Shown here in pieces: positions 63,800 through 64,000 of a stretch of DNA of 64,000 nucleotides. How positions within the stretch are numbered: position 1 is the first letter of the stretch; each line of letters opens with the position of its first letter. A program made the translations under genes and the position numbers. Source of the DNA: Flavobacteriales bacterium (GTDB lineage Bacteria; Bacteroidota; Bacteroidia; Flavobacteriales; UBA1820); assembly GCA_017620815.1 (NCBI GenBank), contig JAGAUI010000012.1, positions 856-64,855 of the forward strand, in the 5' to 3' direction. Under the pieces are notes generated by a model that saw only the letters and a program-made list of their open reading frames with translations, was not told the origin of the DNA and searched no databases.

Positions 63800-63834
63800 G
63801 CGACCTCCCGAATTTCGGGAGGTCGCTTTTTTTT
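63800..63834 (+). terminator. intrinsic terminator (twin of 62849-62882)
   Basis: gcgacctcccgaa-tt-cgggaggtcgc followed by TTTTTTTT. Confidence 0.85.
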
Positions 63835-63950
63835 AACCCTAATGGTGTGGCAGTGAACACTCTTAAAAAAATGTTAAAGACGCCGATGCTCTCATTTGTT
63901 AAAATGGGATAAAAAATGGCTTATGATTGTGCTATGTATTATGTTTTGCG

Positions 63951-63958
63951 TACCTTTG
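63951..63958 (+). promoter_or_regulatory. Bacteroides -7 box (TAccTTTG) for a gene starting at or beyond the right edge
   Basis: Exact TAnnTTTG match. A possible ATG at 63993 lies 34 nt downstream, but the ORF is cut off by the window end. Confidence 0.3.
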
Positions 63959-64000
63959 CCACGACAATTAAACGAGGGGTATTGTTTAGGATATGTTAAA

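Overview
This 64-kb window looks like chromosomal DNA from a low-GC Bacteroidota (Bacteroidales-like) anaerobe. The evidence is repeated TAnnTTTG (-7) promoter boxes 25-55 nt upstream of start codons, many lipobox or signal-peptide proteins, and fermentative redox genes (PFOR, NfnAB, malate dehydrogenase). I support about 50 protein genes, nearly all housekeeping. They include lepA, map, a MutS2-like ATPase, rbfA, mnmA, mdh, rnhB, trmB, carB, mnmG, an acyl-CoA synthetase, a NupC-type transporter, an aspartate aminotransferase, nfnAB and PFOR. There is one tRNA-Pro(GGG). I found no rRNA, CRISPR array, transposase, integrase or phage gene. Most convergent gene ends carry long perfect GC-cored palindromes that read as bidirectional intrinsic terminators. 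No clear multi-gene novel system (for example a defence island) is visible. The observations most worth follow-up are these. (1) A single-polypeptide EtfB + EtfA-domain-II fusion that lacks EtfA domain I, next to a DUF151 nuclease and a NupC transporter. (2) A 740-bp gene-free, extremely AT-rich gap with clustered DnaA-box-like 9-mers and ~85-bp periodic repeats, a candidate oriC. (3) A leader-peptide transcription attenuator (22-aa Leu/Ile/Val-rich uORF, anti-terminator and terminator) in front of ilvD. (4) A 125-nt, near fully self-complementary intergenic element, either a structured RNA or a foldback/MITE. (5) Tandem paralogous secreted PEGA-like proteins, one with an internal domain duplication. 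(6) Duplicated perfect palindromic operators upstream of the acyl-CoA synthetase, and a second duplicated palindrome upstream of mnmG. (7) A lipoprotein gene bracketed by two near-identical terminators. All functional calls come from my reading of motifs in the translated ORFs. No database search was run.
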